From Dehalococcoidia bacterium (GTDB taxonomy: Bacteria > Chloroflexota > Dehalococcoidia > UBA2979): a DNA stretch of 64,000 nucleotides. The notes beneath the pieces were generated by a model. The model saw only the letters and a list, made by a program, of their open reading frames with translations, was not told where the DNA came from and ran no database searches. Location of the stretch: contig DASCQM010000011.1 in the NCBI GenBank assembly GCA_036013055.1, positions 1,132-65,131 on the forward strand, written 5' to 3'. Shown here piece after piece: positions 38,755 to 48,049 of this stretch. The position numbers and the translations under genes were made by a program. Numbering within the stretch: the first letter of the stretch is position 1; each line of letters opens with the position of its first letter.

Positions 38755-39768
38755 ATGAGCCGCGCGCTGGTTGTCGGCGGCACCGGACCGACGGGGCCAC
38801 ACATCGTCAACGCGCTGCTCGCCGACGGCTACGAGGTCGTGATCTTCCACACCGGCGCGCACGAGGCCGAACTCGATGGCAAGGTCGAGCATCGCCACGG
38901 CGACGCACGCGATGCCGAGAGCATCGCCGCCGCCCTCGGAGACGAGCGCTGGGACGTCGCGGTCTGCACGTCGGGTCGGCTGCGCGCGCTCGCCGAGCAT
39001 CTCAGCGGCAAGACCGGCCGCCTCGTCGGCATCACCGGACAGCCCGTCTACGCAGGTTCGAACCTGCCGACGCCGACCGGCAAGCTACCGCTCCCCGTTC
39101 CGGAGGACGCAGAACGTCAGTCCGACAAGGAGGGCTACACCGGCCGCGTCGCCGTCGGTGAGGACCAGCTCTTCGAGCAGCACGCGAACGGCGACTTCGA
39201 GACCGTGATCGTGCGCTATCCCGGCATCTTTGGTCCGCGAGCGCCGATCAACCACGAGTGGGCGGTCGTGCGCCGCATCATCGACGAGCGCCCGTTCATG
39301 CTGATGCCCCACGACGGCGCCTCGTACTTCCAGCGCGGCGCGGCGGAGAACGTCGGGCGGCTCGTCTATCTTGCCGCCACCCACCCGCGGGCCGCCGGCG
39401 AGGCGTTCAACGCCGGCGACGACCGCGTGATGAGTAGCCTCCACGTCGCAGAGGTGATCGCCGATGAGCTGGGCTCCGCGATCGAGTTCCTTGGCGTCCC
39501 CGCCGAACTCTGCCGCGGCGTCTACCCGCTCGCGGAGAAGTCGAGCATCGTCCTCGACATGTCGAAGCGGCGCGAGCTGCTTGGCTACAGCGACGTTGTC
39601 GAGGTCGAGGTCGCGACGCGGCAGACCGCACGCTGGCTCATCGACCACCCGCCGGACGAAGACGACCTGCGGCCCGGCGGGCACGGGCGCATCGACTACG
39701 AGCGCGAGGACGGCATCGCAGCCGCGTGGCGCGAACTACTCGCGGCGGCGCAGGATCGCCTGCAGTAG
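38755..39768 (+). CDS. NAD(P)-dependent epimerase/dehydratase-family (extended SDR) protein
   Basis: ALVVGGTGPTGPHIVNALLADGYEVVIF Rossmann motif. About 337 aa. Confidence 0.7.
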   Translation: MSRALVVGGTGPTGPHIVNALLADGYEVVIFHTGAHEAELDGKVEHRHGDARDAESIAAALGDERWDVAVCTSGRLRALAEHLSGKTGRLVGITGQPVYAGSNLPTPTGKLPLPVPEDAERQSDKEGYTGRVAVGEDQLFEQHANGDFETVIVRYPGIFGPRAPINHEWAVVRRIIDERPFMLMPHDGASYFQRGAAENVGRLVYLAATHPRAAGEAFNAGDDRVMSSLHVAEVIADELGSAIEFLGVPAELCRGVYPLAEKSSIVLDMSKRRELLGYSDVVEVEVATRQTARWLIDHPPDEDDLRPGGHGRIDYEREDGIAAAWRELLAAAQDRLQ

Positions 39769-39802
39769 CGCCGTACGCGCCACGACCGACGGAGGACAGA
39801 CG

Positions 39803-40234
39803 ATGAGCGACCCTGCCGGCGAGGCAATCGCCGCGTTCCAACGGTGGAGCGACGGTTTCAACGCTCGCGACGTCGAGGCGCAGGTCGCCACGATGCACTT
39901 TCCGCACGTCCGCATCTCCGCGACGAACGAGCTGCAGCGCTGGGAGAGCGCGGACGACTTCCGCGCGCAGCACGACCGCCTCACCGAGCGGCTACGTGCC
40001 GAGGGCTGGGATCACACCGCTTCGCCATCGATCGAGGTGGTGCAGGTCGGTGATCAGAAGGTGCACCTGGCGATGCACCAGTCGCGGCAGCACGCGGACG
40101 GCACCGAGTACAACGGCTTCGACACGCTCTGGATCTTTACGCAGATCGATGGTCGCTGGGGCGTGCAGTTCCGCTCGTCGTTCCTCGCAAACGCGGCGCA
40201 GGGCTTCCGAGCTGGCTCAGAGGGCAAGTCGTAA
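39803..40234 (+). CDS. SnoaL/NTF2-like small protein
   Basis: Internal ATG 39803 (GGAGGA 7 nt upstream) of ORF 39464..40234. AIAAFQRWSDGFNARDVEAQVATMHFPHV...WIFTQIDGRWGVQFRS is an NTF2-fold pattern. Confidence 0.55.
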   Translation: MSDPAGEAIAAFQRWSDGFNARDVEAQVATMHFPHVRISATNELQRWESADDFRAQHDRLTERLRAEGWDHTASPSIEVVQVGDQKVHLAMHQSRQHADGTEYNGFDTLWIFTQIDGRWGVQFRSSFLANAAQGFRAGSEGKS

Positions 40235-40260
40235 CCGTCGCTGGCAGCGCGCCCGCGGCG

Positions 40261-40611
40261 TTACCCGGCGAGCGGGATGAACATGCACATCCCGGACTGC
40301 AGCACGTGCGAAGTGTGGCCGTTCCCGGTCGTGTCCTCCGCGCGCAGCACGTCACCAGGCTCCATCACCATGCTCGAACCGTCGCCGCAGCCGATCTCGA
40401 CCGACGCGGTGAGGTAGACGACGTACTGCAGTCGCGGCGCGTTGTGGAACTCGCCGACCGGTCCCGCCTCCCGCTTCAAGAAGTTCGCCGAGGTCGTCGG
40501 CAGCATCTCCGTGCGAGTGCCGTTGCGCTCGACGTAATCGAACTCGCTCGAATCGAGCGATTCGACGTGGGATTCGCCATCGTCGCCGGTGTATACGCGC
40601 CCAAGCTTCAT
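40261..40611 (-). CDS. cupin-domain protein
   Basis: Trimmed to ATG 40611 (116 aa). GEFHNAPRLQYVVYLTASVEIGCGDG...MEPGDVLRAEDTTGNGH is a cupin beta-barrel pattern. Confidence 0.6.
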   Translation of the reverse strand: MKLGRVYTGDDGESHVESLDSSEFDYVERNGTRTEMLPTTSANFLKREAGPVGEFHNAPRLQYVVYLTASVEIGCGDGSSMVMEPGDVLRAEDTTGNGHTSHVLQSGMCMFIPLAG

Positions 40612-40729
40612 CAGCAGCCTCCAACGGTCTCGATGCTTCGGGCGCACTATACGACGCTCCGGACTAGGATTCAGACGAGGTTCCGGAGCGCGCGTCGATG
40701 GCTGCGCCGTGTGGACGGAAGGTTGTGCG

Positions 40730-41329
40730 ATGGCTCGTCCGCCCGTGGAGTCACTGACCGAAGGCTTCGCGCCCCTGCGCACCTGGTTCAATGCCGACCT
40801 CGACCGCCCGAGGTTCGTGGCGATCATGTCCCCTACCTGACCGCAGTGTCTGAAAGGCGCCGGTTCGGTGCAGGAGTCGATTTTCGATGCGTTCCCGGAA
40901 GCGGAGTTCCGCGTAGCGATCGTGTGGATCGACATCATGGACAGCGACACGCCAGCGACCGCGCTGTCGGCGTCCGTCGAGCTTGGGGACGGTCGTGCCT
41001 CGTACTTCCACGACCCCACGCACCACGCCGGTCGAGCGCTGGCGAGGTCGCTGGACTGGCAGCGACACGTCCCGTGGGATGCGTACCTGTTCTACGCGCC
41101 GGGCCAGCGATGGGATGGCGAGGCACCGCCCCCACCGTCGGAGTGGTTCCACGCGCTGCAGGATCGCGAGGTCTGGGAAGAGACCCTCGCCGCCGAGGGT
41201 GCCGAAGGCACCGGGTGGACCGAGCACCTGGCTGAAGAATCCGAGGCGGACCCTGAGCGATTTCGGCGCGATCGGGCGCTCACCGTCGCGCTCCGTGACG
41301 CGGGGACGGAGTGGCTCGCCCGCAGCTAG
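40730..41329 (+). CDS. thioredoxin-fold protein with in-frame TGA at the first position of the CxxC motif (candidate selenoprotein, T-U-P-Q-C)
   Basis: ORFs 40589..40840 and 40868..41329 share one frame and are separated only by TGA 40838-40840. The read-through product is MARPPVESLTEGFAPLRTWFNADLDRPRFVAIMSPT-U-PQCLKGAGSVQESIFDAFPEAEFRVAIVWIDI.... Third-position G/C is high on both sides of the TGA. Confidence 0.55.
40857..40871 (+). promoter_or_regulatory. SECIS-like hairpin 16 nt downstream of TGA 40838
   Basis: GCGCC-GGUUC-GGUGC: 5-bp stem including one G-U pair, with an apical loop starting GGU. A possible outer helix is GAAAG 40852-40856 with UUUUC 40881-40885. Confidence 0.4.
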
Positions 41330-41428
41330 CCGGCTCGTCCCCCACCCGCTCGCGTCTCTATCGGCGCTCTCGCGTATCATGCCCCGGCCGACTGGCGAGC
41401 ACGTGAGAGACGGACCGAGGGGCAACGA

Positions 41429-42841
41429 ATGATCGGTGCAGAACAGTTAGACCGCGCGTTGAACCCGCGTACCGTGGCGGTCGTCGGCGACGCGAAGGCC
41501 CGCAACTACCGCTGGCTCCGCTCCATGAGCACGTTCCAGGGCAAGGTCTACTCCGTGCAGGTCGATCCGGAAGAGATCCCGGGCATCGAGGCGCTCGGCA
41601 TCGCGAATTACACGAGCCTGACCGATATCCCCGACGAGGTTGACTACGTCGTTTGCGCCGTGCCGCGAAACGTCGCGCCGATCGTGCTGCGAGACGCGAT
41701 CGCCAAGCAGGTCGGCGGCGTTGGCATGTTCACCTCCGGATTCGCGGAGACCGAGAGCGACGAAGGGCAGGAGCTGCAGACGCAGATCACCGGCATGGCG
41801 CGCGACGCCGGCATGGTGCTGATCGGCCCCAACTGCATGGGGCTCTACAACCCCGCGCTCGGCGTGCGCTTCGGCGAGAACCAGGCCACCGGGTTCGAGG
41901 GCGATGTCACCTTCCTCTCGCAGAGCGGCGGACATGGCGGCGACTTCGCGACCGCCGCCCACGCCAGCGGCGTCCCGATTCGCAAGGTCGTCAGTTTCGG
42001 CAACGGCGTGGTGCTGGGCATCGCGGACTACCTCGAATACTTCGCCGAGGATGACGACACCAGCTACATCTCGATGTACCTCGAAGGCCTGCGCGAAGGT
42101 CCGCGCTTCTTCCAGTCGTTGCGCCAGACGACGCTGCGCAAGCCCGTGGTGCTGTGGAAGGGCGGCCTGAGCGACCCCGGACAGCGCGCCACTGCCTCGC
42201 ACACGGCCTCGCTGGCCGGATCAGCCGAGGTCTGGGACGCGATGTACCGGCAGACGGGCGCGATCCCGGTCAGTTCCGTCGCTGAGATGGTCGATGTGCT
42301 GAAGGCATTGCGCGAGCTGCAGCCGTTCACGGGCACGGGCATCGGCATCACCGGCGGTTCGGGCGGCCAGTCGGTCGCAATGGCCGATACGTTCTCGCGT
42401 GCCGGGCTGCGCGTGCCAACGCTGACCGGCGACTCCTACGAGCGGCTCGCCTCCTGGTTCCGGGTCGTCGGTGCCAGCTTCGGCAACCCGATCGACATGG
42501 GGTCGAATCGCAGCGAGATCGACACGATCATGGAGGTGCTGATCTCCGACGCGAACGTCGACTGCCTCGTCGTGCAGCTGCGGCCGGCCTCCGGCGACCC
42601 CGACGACGTGCAGCGGCTGAACGCGCAATTCGATGCGATCGAGCAGGCGAAGGAACGCGCCCAGAAGCCGGTCGCCGCGATTGTCTACTCGTCCGCGCCG
42701 GTGGACGAGGGCCCCGCGATCGCCGCCATCGATGAGCGCCTGCGCGCGATCGGTGTCCCGTCGTTCCCGACCTACGAGCGGGCCGCGACGGCGCTCTCCA
42801 GGGTCAGCGCGTACTACCGCTTCCTAGAGGCAGCGAAGTAA
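41429..42841 (+). CDS. CoA-binding / ADP-forming acyl-CoA synthetase alpha-type protein
   Basis: PRTVAVVGDA..., IGPNCMGLYNP, LSQSGGHGG, ASHTASLAGS (phospho-His loop), as in the NDP-forming acetyl-CoA synthetase/succinyl-CoA-ligase alpha fold. No ATP-grasp partner gene is adjacent. Confidence 0.75.
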   Translation: MIGAEQLDRALNPRTVAVVGDAKARNYRWLRSMSTFQGKVYSVQVDPEEIPGIEALGIANYTSLTDIPDEVDYVVCAVPRNVAPIVLRDAIAKQVGGVGMFTSGFAETESDEGQELQTQITGMARDAGMVLIGPNCMGLYNPALGVRFGENQATGFEGDVTFLSQSGGHGGDFATAAHASGVPIRKVVSFGNGVVLGIADYLEYFAEDDDTSYISMYLEGLREGPRFFQSLRQTTLRKPVVLWKGGLSDPGQRATASHTASLAGSAEVWDAMYRQTGAIPVSSVAEMVDVLKALRELQPFTGTGIGITGGSGGQSVAMADTFSRAGLRVPTLTGDSYERLASWFRVVGASFGNPIDMGSNRSEIDTIMEVLISDANVDCLVVQLRPASGDPDDVQRLNAQFDAIEQAKERAQKPVAAIVYSSAPVDEGPAIAAIDERLRAIGVPSFPTYERAATALSRVSAYYRFLEAAK

Positions 42842-43052
42842 GCGAGCGACGCGACTGACACCGCCAGCGGTCCTCGGATCTCACGCCGGGATCGGCGCGA
42901 TCGTGACGCGATGCCTGCAAAAACCTCGTCAAATCTATCGCGATCACCGAGTAAGTCCGCGCAGATTCCCAAAAGTCCATTGATCGTCCGTCGGGCCTCG
43001 CGCAGCATGGCGGACGGTCAAGTGACACGCGAATCTTCAGGTAGGACGAGAA

Positions 43053-44129
43053 ATGAACGATCGATGGCTCAGAGGCGTATTCGCCGTTGGTGTCGGCGCG
43101 GCTCTGATGTTCGCCGCCTGCTCGGACAGCGATGACGACGCGGGTTCCGCCGCGACATCGCAGCCAACCACGGCAGCTGCGGCCACGACCGCTCCGACTC
43201 AGGCTCCAGCGCCTGTCGCGACCGAAGCACCGACTGCGGCGCCGACCACCGCACCGACTGCCGCACCGACAGAGGTGCCGACGGAGTACCCGCTGACCGT
43301 TCGCGACCTGCTCGGGCGCGAAGTGACCATCGCGGCCGCACCCCAGCGCATCGTCACCACCAGCCCGTCCGCGATCGAGATGCTCTACGCCGCTGGCGGC
43401 GAGGCGATCGCACGGTCGCAGACGTCGGTGCATCCGGATGGCGTCAGTGACCTGCCATCGATCGGCCCGTCCTACGCGCCAGCGTTCGAGGCCATCATCG
43501 AACTCGGTCCCGACCTCGTAATTGCCGACGCCTCAGCACAGGCCCACCTCGCCGAAGCCTTCGGCGGCGCGCTGCGCGGGAGCGCCGTGATCTTCATCGG
43601 CGCCGTCGGCTATGAGGACGTCGCGACCTCGATCCGGCTGATCGGGCAGGTGATCGACAGCAACACGACAGCCGAGGCATCCGCTAACTCCATGGAGCTG
43701 GCACTGAATGAGATGCTCGCGTCGTCCACGGGCAAGACTGCACCGCGCGTCCTGATCATGAACGGCGCGATCAACGACTTCTTCGTTGCGATGCCAGGTT
43801 CGTTCGTCGGCAACCTCGTTGACGAGCTCGGCGGCGTGAACGTCTCTGAGGGACAGCCGCAGATCGGCCGCTACCCCGGCTACACGCAGCTCTCACTCGA
43901 GGCGATCATCGACACCGACCCGCAGGTGATCCTCACGATCACGGCGGGCCCTCCCGGTGGACCGTCGCTCGCCGACCTCGTAATGGACGATCCGACGTTT
44001 GCCGGGCTCGCCGCCGTAGTCAACGGCCGCGTCCACGACCTCGATCTCGAGATCTACCTCCAGGCGCCGGGACCGCGTGCTGCTGACGGCGTGCGCGAGC
44101 TCACGACTCTGCTCTATGCGGCTGAGTAG
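43053..44129 (+). CDS. ABC transporter substrate-binding lipoprotein (Fe-siderophore/heme/B12 type, FecB/BtuF fold)
   Basis: Signal peptide with lipobox (LMFAAC), an Ala/Thr/Pro linker, then PQRIVTTSPSAIEMLYAAGG...LGPDLVIAD, typical of the PBP class III (periplasmic binding protein 2) family. Confidence 0.8.
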   Translation: MNDRWLRGVFAVGVGAALMFAACSDSDDDAGSAATSQPTTAAAATTAPTQAPAPVATEAPTAAPTTAPTAAPTEVPTEYPLTVRDLLGREVTIAAAPQRIVTTSPSAIEMLYAAGGEAIARSQTSVHPDGVSDLPSIGPSYAPAFEAIIELGPDLVIADASAQAHLAEAFGGALRGSAVIFIGAVGYEDVATSIRLIGQVIDSNTTAEASANSMELALNEMLASSTGKTAPRVLIMNGAINDFFVAMPGSFVGNLVDELGGVNVSEGQPQIGRYPGYTQLSLEAIIDTDPQVILTITAGPPGGPSLADLVMDDPTFAGLAAVVNGRVHDLDLEIYLQAPGPRAADGVRELTTLLYAAE

Positions 44130-44147
44130 CTGACCCGTTAGCCACCG

Positions 44148-45146
44148 GTGGACAGCTCGGCAGGCGGTCGGCAGCTAGCCCCAGCGGGCGCGATCGCTGC
44201 GGCGTCGCTGCTGCTGATCGTCGCGATCGGGATCGCCGTCTCGCTCGGTGCCGTTCGCCTCTCGCCGGACCGGCTGATCGGCGGGCTGTTCGATACCGGC
44301 GATGCCGCAGCGCGACAGATCGTCTGGCACCTGCGCCTGCCGCGCGTCCTCGTTGCCGCGCTCGTTGGTGCGAACCTCTCGCTCGCTGGCGTGCTGCTGC
44401 AGGGCGTGACGCGTAACCCGCTGGCGGGGCCGCACGTGCTCGGCCTCTCGGCCGGGGCCGGCTTCGCAGCAATCACCGTGGTCGTGATCGCGCCCGGTGC
44501 ACCGGTGGAACTGGCCGCGCCGGCCGCCTTTGCCGGCGCGATCGCCGCCGCCCTCGTCGTCTACGGGCTGGCGTGGCGAGGTGGCATCTCGCCCGTGCGC
44601 TTCGCCCTCTCCGGCGTCGCAACCGCCGCGCTATTCGCCGCGCTCAGTACTGCCGTGCTCGCCAGTTCAGACCTGTTCACGCAATCGGTGCTCAGCTTCC
44701 TCGCCGGAGGACTGTTCAGTCGCGACTGGGACGATGTGCGCCAGATCTTCCCCTATACGCTAGTCATCGGCGGTGCTGCGGTCGTCGTCGGCGGAACGCT
44801 GAACGTGCTGGCGCTCGGCGACGACATCGCGCGCAGCCTCGGCATGCGTGTCGAGCGAACGCGGCTATTTCTCGTGGTGCTGGCCGCCGGCCTCGCTGGA
44901 TCCGCGGTCGCGGTGAGCGGCATGCTCGCCTTCGTCGGGCTCGTGATGCCGCATGTCGCCCGCCTGATCGTCGGTAACGACAACCGGGTGATCGCGCCGC
45001 TAGCCGCGCTGCTCGGCGCCAGCCTGCTGGTATTCGCCGACACATTCGCGCGGCTGGTGATCGCACCAGCCGAGATTCCCGTCGGCATCGTCACCGCCGT
45101 AATCGGCGCGCCCGTGTTCCTGCTGCTGATCCGGACCCGCACATGA
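44148..45146 (+). CDS. FecCD-family ABC transporter permease
   Basis: LRLPRVLVAALVGANLSLAGVLLQGVTRNPLAGPHVLG and a C-terminal GAPVFLLLI, as in the FecCD/BtuC family. Confidence 0.88.
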   Translation: MDSSAGGRQLAPAGAIAAASLLLIVAIGIAVSLGAVRLSPDRLIGGLFDTGDAAARQIVWHLRLPRVLVAALVGANLSLAGVLLQGVTRNPLAGPHVLGLSAGAGFAAITVVVIAPGAPVELAAPAAFAGAIAAALVVYGLAWRGGISPVRFALSGVATAALFAALSTAVLASSDLFTQSVLSFLAGGLFSRDWDDVRQIFPYTLVIGGAAVVVGGTLNVLALGDDIARSLGMRVERTRLFLVVLAAGLAGSAVAVSGMLAFVGLVMPHVARLIVGNDNRVIAPLAALLGASLLVFADTFARLVIAPAEIPVGIVTAVIGAPVFLLLIRTRT

Positions 45147-46021
45147 CCGCGCCAGAGTCCGCACGAGGGCCGCAGATACCACGCAGCGAGGCGGGCGGCG
45201 CACCCGTGCTCGAAGCCAGCGATCTCGTCGTCAGCTACGGCGCACGCGAAGTGCTTCGCGGGCTCTCGCTGAGCTTCGACGAAGGCGAGTTCGCGGCGAT
45301 CATCGGCCCAAACGGCTCCGGCAAGTCGACGCTACTGCGCACGCTCGCCCGACTGATCCGTCCGCAGCAGGGGCGAATCGCCTTCGACGGGCGCGATATC
45401 GAGGACACGACGCCCCGCGATCTCGCTCAACGCCTCGCGTTCCTCCCGCAGGCTCCCGAAGGGCCGGCCGACCTAACGATCGAGGACCTCGTCTGGCGCG
45501 GCCGCTACCCGCACCGTGGCCTCTTCGCCTCCGCCAGCGCCGAGGATCGCGCCGCCGTCGAGCGTGCGCTGCTGCAGGCCGGCGTCGACGAGCTGCGGCA
45601 TCGCGCATTAGCGACGCTCTCCGGCGGCGAGCGTCAGCGCGCGTGGATCGCGATGTCACTCTCGCGCGAGCCGGACCTGCTGCTGCTCGATGAGCCGACG
45701 ACCTTCCTCGACATCGGCCACCAGGCGGAGCTACTGGGACTGCTGGGCACGCTGAACCGCGAGCGCGGGCTGACGGTGGTGATGGTGCTGCACGACGTCA
45801 CGCAGGCGGCGCAGTACGCGCGGCGGGTCATCGCGCTGCACGACGGTCGCGTGATGCACGACGGGACGCCGGCCGAGGTCGTGACGGCGGAGCGCATCTC
45901 CTCGCTGTTCGACGCCACCGTCGACGTGCTCGCGGATCCGGTCACCGGCGTCCCCGTCGTAGTGCCGAGAGCGCCGACCGCAGTCGCTGACGTCGACGGT
46001 AGCGACAGCGGAGACGCCTGA
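45143..46021 (+). CDS. ABC transporter ATP-binding protein (FecE/BtuD type)
   Basis: Walker A GPNGSGKST, signature LSGGERQR, Walker B LLLLDEP, H-loop VLHD. Overlaps the permease gene by 4 nt. Confidence 0.9.
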   Translation: MTAPESARGPQIPRSEAGGAPVLEASDLVVSYGAREVLRGLSLSFDEGEFAAIIGPNGSGKSTLLRTLARLIRPQQGRIAFDGRDIEDTTPRDLAQRLAFLPQAPEGPADLTIEDLVWRGRYPHRGLFASASAEDRAAVERALLQAGVDELRHRALATLSGGERQRAWIAMSLSREPDLLLLDEPTTFLDIGHQAELLGLLGTLNRERGLTVVMVLHDVTQAAQYARRVIALHDGRVMHDGTPAEVVTAERISSLFDATVDVLADPVTGVPVVVPRAPTAVADVDGSDSGDA

Positions 46022-46213
46022 GCGATAACGCGCCAGCCGACACCCGCCGATTCGCTGTCGGGAGATGATCCGTTGCTGAATTACGTGAGAGAGTGGAGCC
46101 GTACTGGGTCGTAGGGGATCTCCAGGAACATGCGGCAACACTGGCCGTTCGCCCGATCACTCACGATCCCGTCGCGTCGTGTGCTCGATCGACGAGCCTG
46201 AAAGGCCCGCTCC

Positions 46214-46531
46214 ATGACTACGGATTCCGCGTCGTTCTACACCACGTCGACACCGCACCGTCACCGCCGCACGGTCACGATGGGGCTGATCGGTGCCGCG
46301 CTCGCCGTCGCGCTGGCTGGACTGACGGCGGTGACGCTGCTCCAGCGTCTGCCGGAGGTCGTCGACGGTGGCACGTGGCACGAGGTGCGCGCATACGGGT
46401 CGTTCGGCCTGATGGCGCTGGCGATGCTGGTCGCAATACGCGCGGCGGTCTCGCTCGGCAGCAAAGGGAATGGCGCAGGCACTCTCGCTGCGTGTCGCCC
46501 GTCCGAGGGGCCCCGCGTTCTGGTCGAATGA
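46214..46531 (+). CDS. small two-TM membrane protein, unknown function
   Basis: MGLIGAALAVALAGLTAVTLL and FGLMALAMLVAIRAAV helices. The stop lies 16 nt before the next ATG. Confidence 0.45.
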   Translation: MTTDSASFYTTSTPHRHRRTVTMGLIGAALAVALAGLTAVTLLQRLPEVVDGGTWHEVRAYGSFGLMALAMLVAIRAAVSLGSKGNGAGTLAACRPSEGPRVLVE

Positions 46532-46547
46532 CGCCGTCGCGCTCGCG

Positions 46548-47609
46548 ATGTCGCGCGAGGAACTGGCGCGGACGACCGCGAACTCGTGGGAGGCGAGGAT
46601 CCTCGCCGGGGTCTCGCGCTTCTTCATCATCGCGCCGCCGTGGTTCCGAGCCGGTGGGGAGGCGCTGCTCAGTCATGGGGCGCGTCTCGTCGTCTGGGGG
46701 CTCGTGCTGGCGATCGGCGTCCCGCTGTTGGAGCGAGCGCTCGACAGCCAGGCGGTCATGGATCTCCTCACGGGTAACGGTGCGAACCTTGAACTGACCG
46801 TCGCGCTCGCGAACGTTCGCAACAATCTGACGGCTACGCCGGGGCTGGTCCTGCTCATGATCGGGCTTGGCGCGATGGCAGCCGTCTGGGCCTACTCCCC
46901 GCTCGCGCTCGCCCCACTCTCCCTCAGCCAGGATTCGCAACGCCTCGATGGCGCGGTGTTCGCGCAGGACATCCCGGTGCGACTGCGCGACCAGCTTGAG
47001 CAGATGGCGTGGGACGGCGAACGCGCGAGTACGTACTGGGAACGCGACGACGCCACCACCGAGGCGAGCGTGATGGACACCGGAACGGTGCGACTGAAGA
47101 CGATCGTCGAGAGCCCGGTCTCGCTCGAAGAGGATGCCGTCTCGTCCTACTGGCTGGTGCCGGCGATCGCCGGAGCGGCGATCACGATGCTCGCGTTCGG
47201 CATCTACTACTCGGCGCTCCCGCAGGCCGCGGACTTCGTCCCACTTGACCGCGCTGACGTATTGAACGGGCCGCTGCTGCCGACGGCGCTTTGGACGCTG
47301 GCGGTGGTGCTGCTTGCTGGCGTCGGCCCGCTGCTCGTGCAGACCGCGCGCCTGATGGCCGGCGTCTACCACTACCGATCCACGGTGGTCTATGTGGAGA
47401 TCGTCGGTTCGTTCACCCGCAGCGAGGTGAACGTCGGCAAGGCGCGTTCGGACAGCGTCGAGTCGCGCAACCTCGTCGTCCGCTCCAACCTCGTGCTGAG
47501 GTACTTCGTCGCGGAGGTGGCGAGCGAGTCAGTCGATGTGAACGCGGCACGCCACCTGATCGCCCTCGAGTCAACGCAATCCACCGACGAGCTGTTGCCG
47601 AACTCGTGA
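46548..47609 (+). CDS. multi-TM membrane protein, unknown function
   Basis: ATG 46548 within ORF 46470..47609. Several hydrophobic helices (LVVWGLVLAIGVPLL, GLVLLMIGLGAMAAVWAY, WLVPAIAGAAITMLAFGIYY, TALWTLAVVLLAGVGPLLV) and a soluble C-terminus. No family recognised. Confidence 0.5.
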   Translation: MSREELARTTANSWEARILAGVSRFFIIAPPWFRAGGEALLSHGARLVVWGLVLAIGVPLLERALDSQAVMDLLTGNGANLELTVALANVRNNLTATPGLVLLMIGLGAMAAVWAYSPLALAPLSLSQDSQRLDGAVFAQDIPVRLRDQLEQMAWDGERASTYWERDDATTEASVMDTGTVRLKTIVESPVSLEEDAVSSYWLVPAIAGAAITMLAFGIYYSALPQAADFVPLDRADVLNGPLLPTALWTLAVVLLAGVGPLLVQTARLMAGVYHYRSTVVYVEIVGSFTRSEVNVGKARSDSVESRNLVVRSNLVLRYFVAEVASESVDVNAARHLIALESTQSTDELLPNS

Positions 47610-48016
47610 CCGCACTCAGCGGCGACATCGACGCGGGCGTCGCGCCGGTAGCGGTCGATCTGGACGCGGCGGGGACGCAACGCGTTGTCGACAGCAACCT
47701 GGCCATACTTGAGGCCAGCGCAGCGATCGGCCGCGGCGCTGCCGACCCGGACGAGCTTGCGCGCGGTGGAGCCGCGGATCCCACGCCCGCCCTCGACGTG
47801 CCGGCCGGAGAGACACCGGCAATCGCACCGCCGTCCCCTGACGGTTCCGCCGACGCAACAGCGGCACCGCCTGATCAGCCGTCGACGGGCGATGCGAAAC
47901 CGACGTCGGGAGGCGCGCTCGAACGCCTGAGCGAGCTGCAGACGATCTTCGATGCCGGGCACATCACGGCCGAGGAGTTTGAACAGAAGAAGTCTGAGAT
48001 CATCGCCGACCTCTGA
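47606..48016 (+). CDS. SHOCT-domain protein
   Basis: GTG 47606 overlaps the upstream stop (GTGA). C-terminal LERLSELQTIFDAGHITAEEFEQKKSEIIADL matches the SHOCT short C-terminal domain. The middle of the protein is Pro/Ala-rich and low-complexity. Confidence 0.5.
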   Translation: MTALSGDIDAGVAPVAVDLDAAGTQRVVDSNLAILEASAAIGRGAADPDELARGGAADPTPALDVPAGETPAIAPPSPDGSADATAAPPDQPSTGDAKPTSGGALERLSELQTIFDAGHITAEEFEQKKSEIIADL

Positions 48017-48049
48017 TCGCCGGGCCCGACGAGGCGATCGTCTCGTGAG

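Noticed and set aside
10701-40840. Genome-wide reassignment of TGA (genetic code 4 or 25) as the explanation for the two in-frame TGAs.
   Set aside because: TGA terminates many high-confidence genes here, for example coxB at 7960-7962, subunit IV at 10052-10054 and the carboxyltransferase at 2320-2322. Any recoding must therefore be site-specific.
42842-43052. A cobalamin riboswitch or an iron-repressor box upstream of the FecB/BtuF-type ABC importer.
   Set aside because: There is no B12-box-like GCCACTG/AGYCMGG core and no 19-bp IdeR/Fur-type palindrome. Only a weak 5-bp inverted repeat is present.
46214-46600. An apparent frameshift between ORF 46214..46531 and ORF 46470..47609.
   Set aside because: This resolves as two adjacent genes. 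The first ends at TGA 46529-46531 and the second has an ATG at 46548, so no frameshift needs to be invoked.
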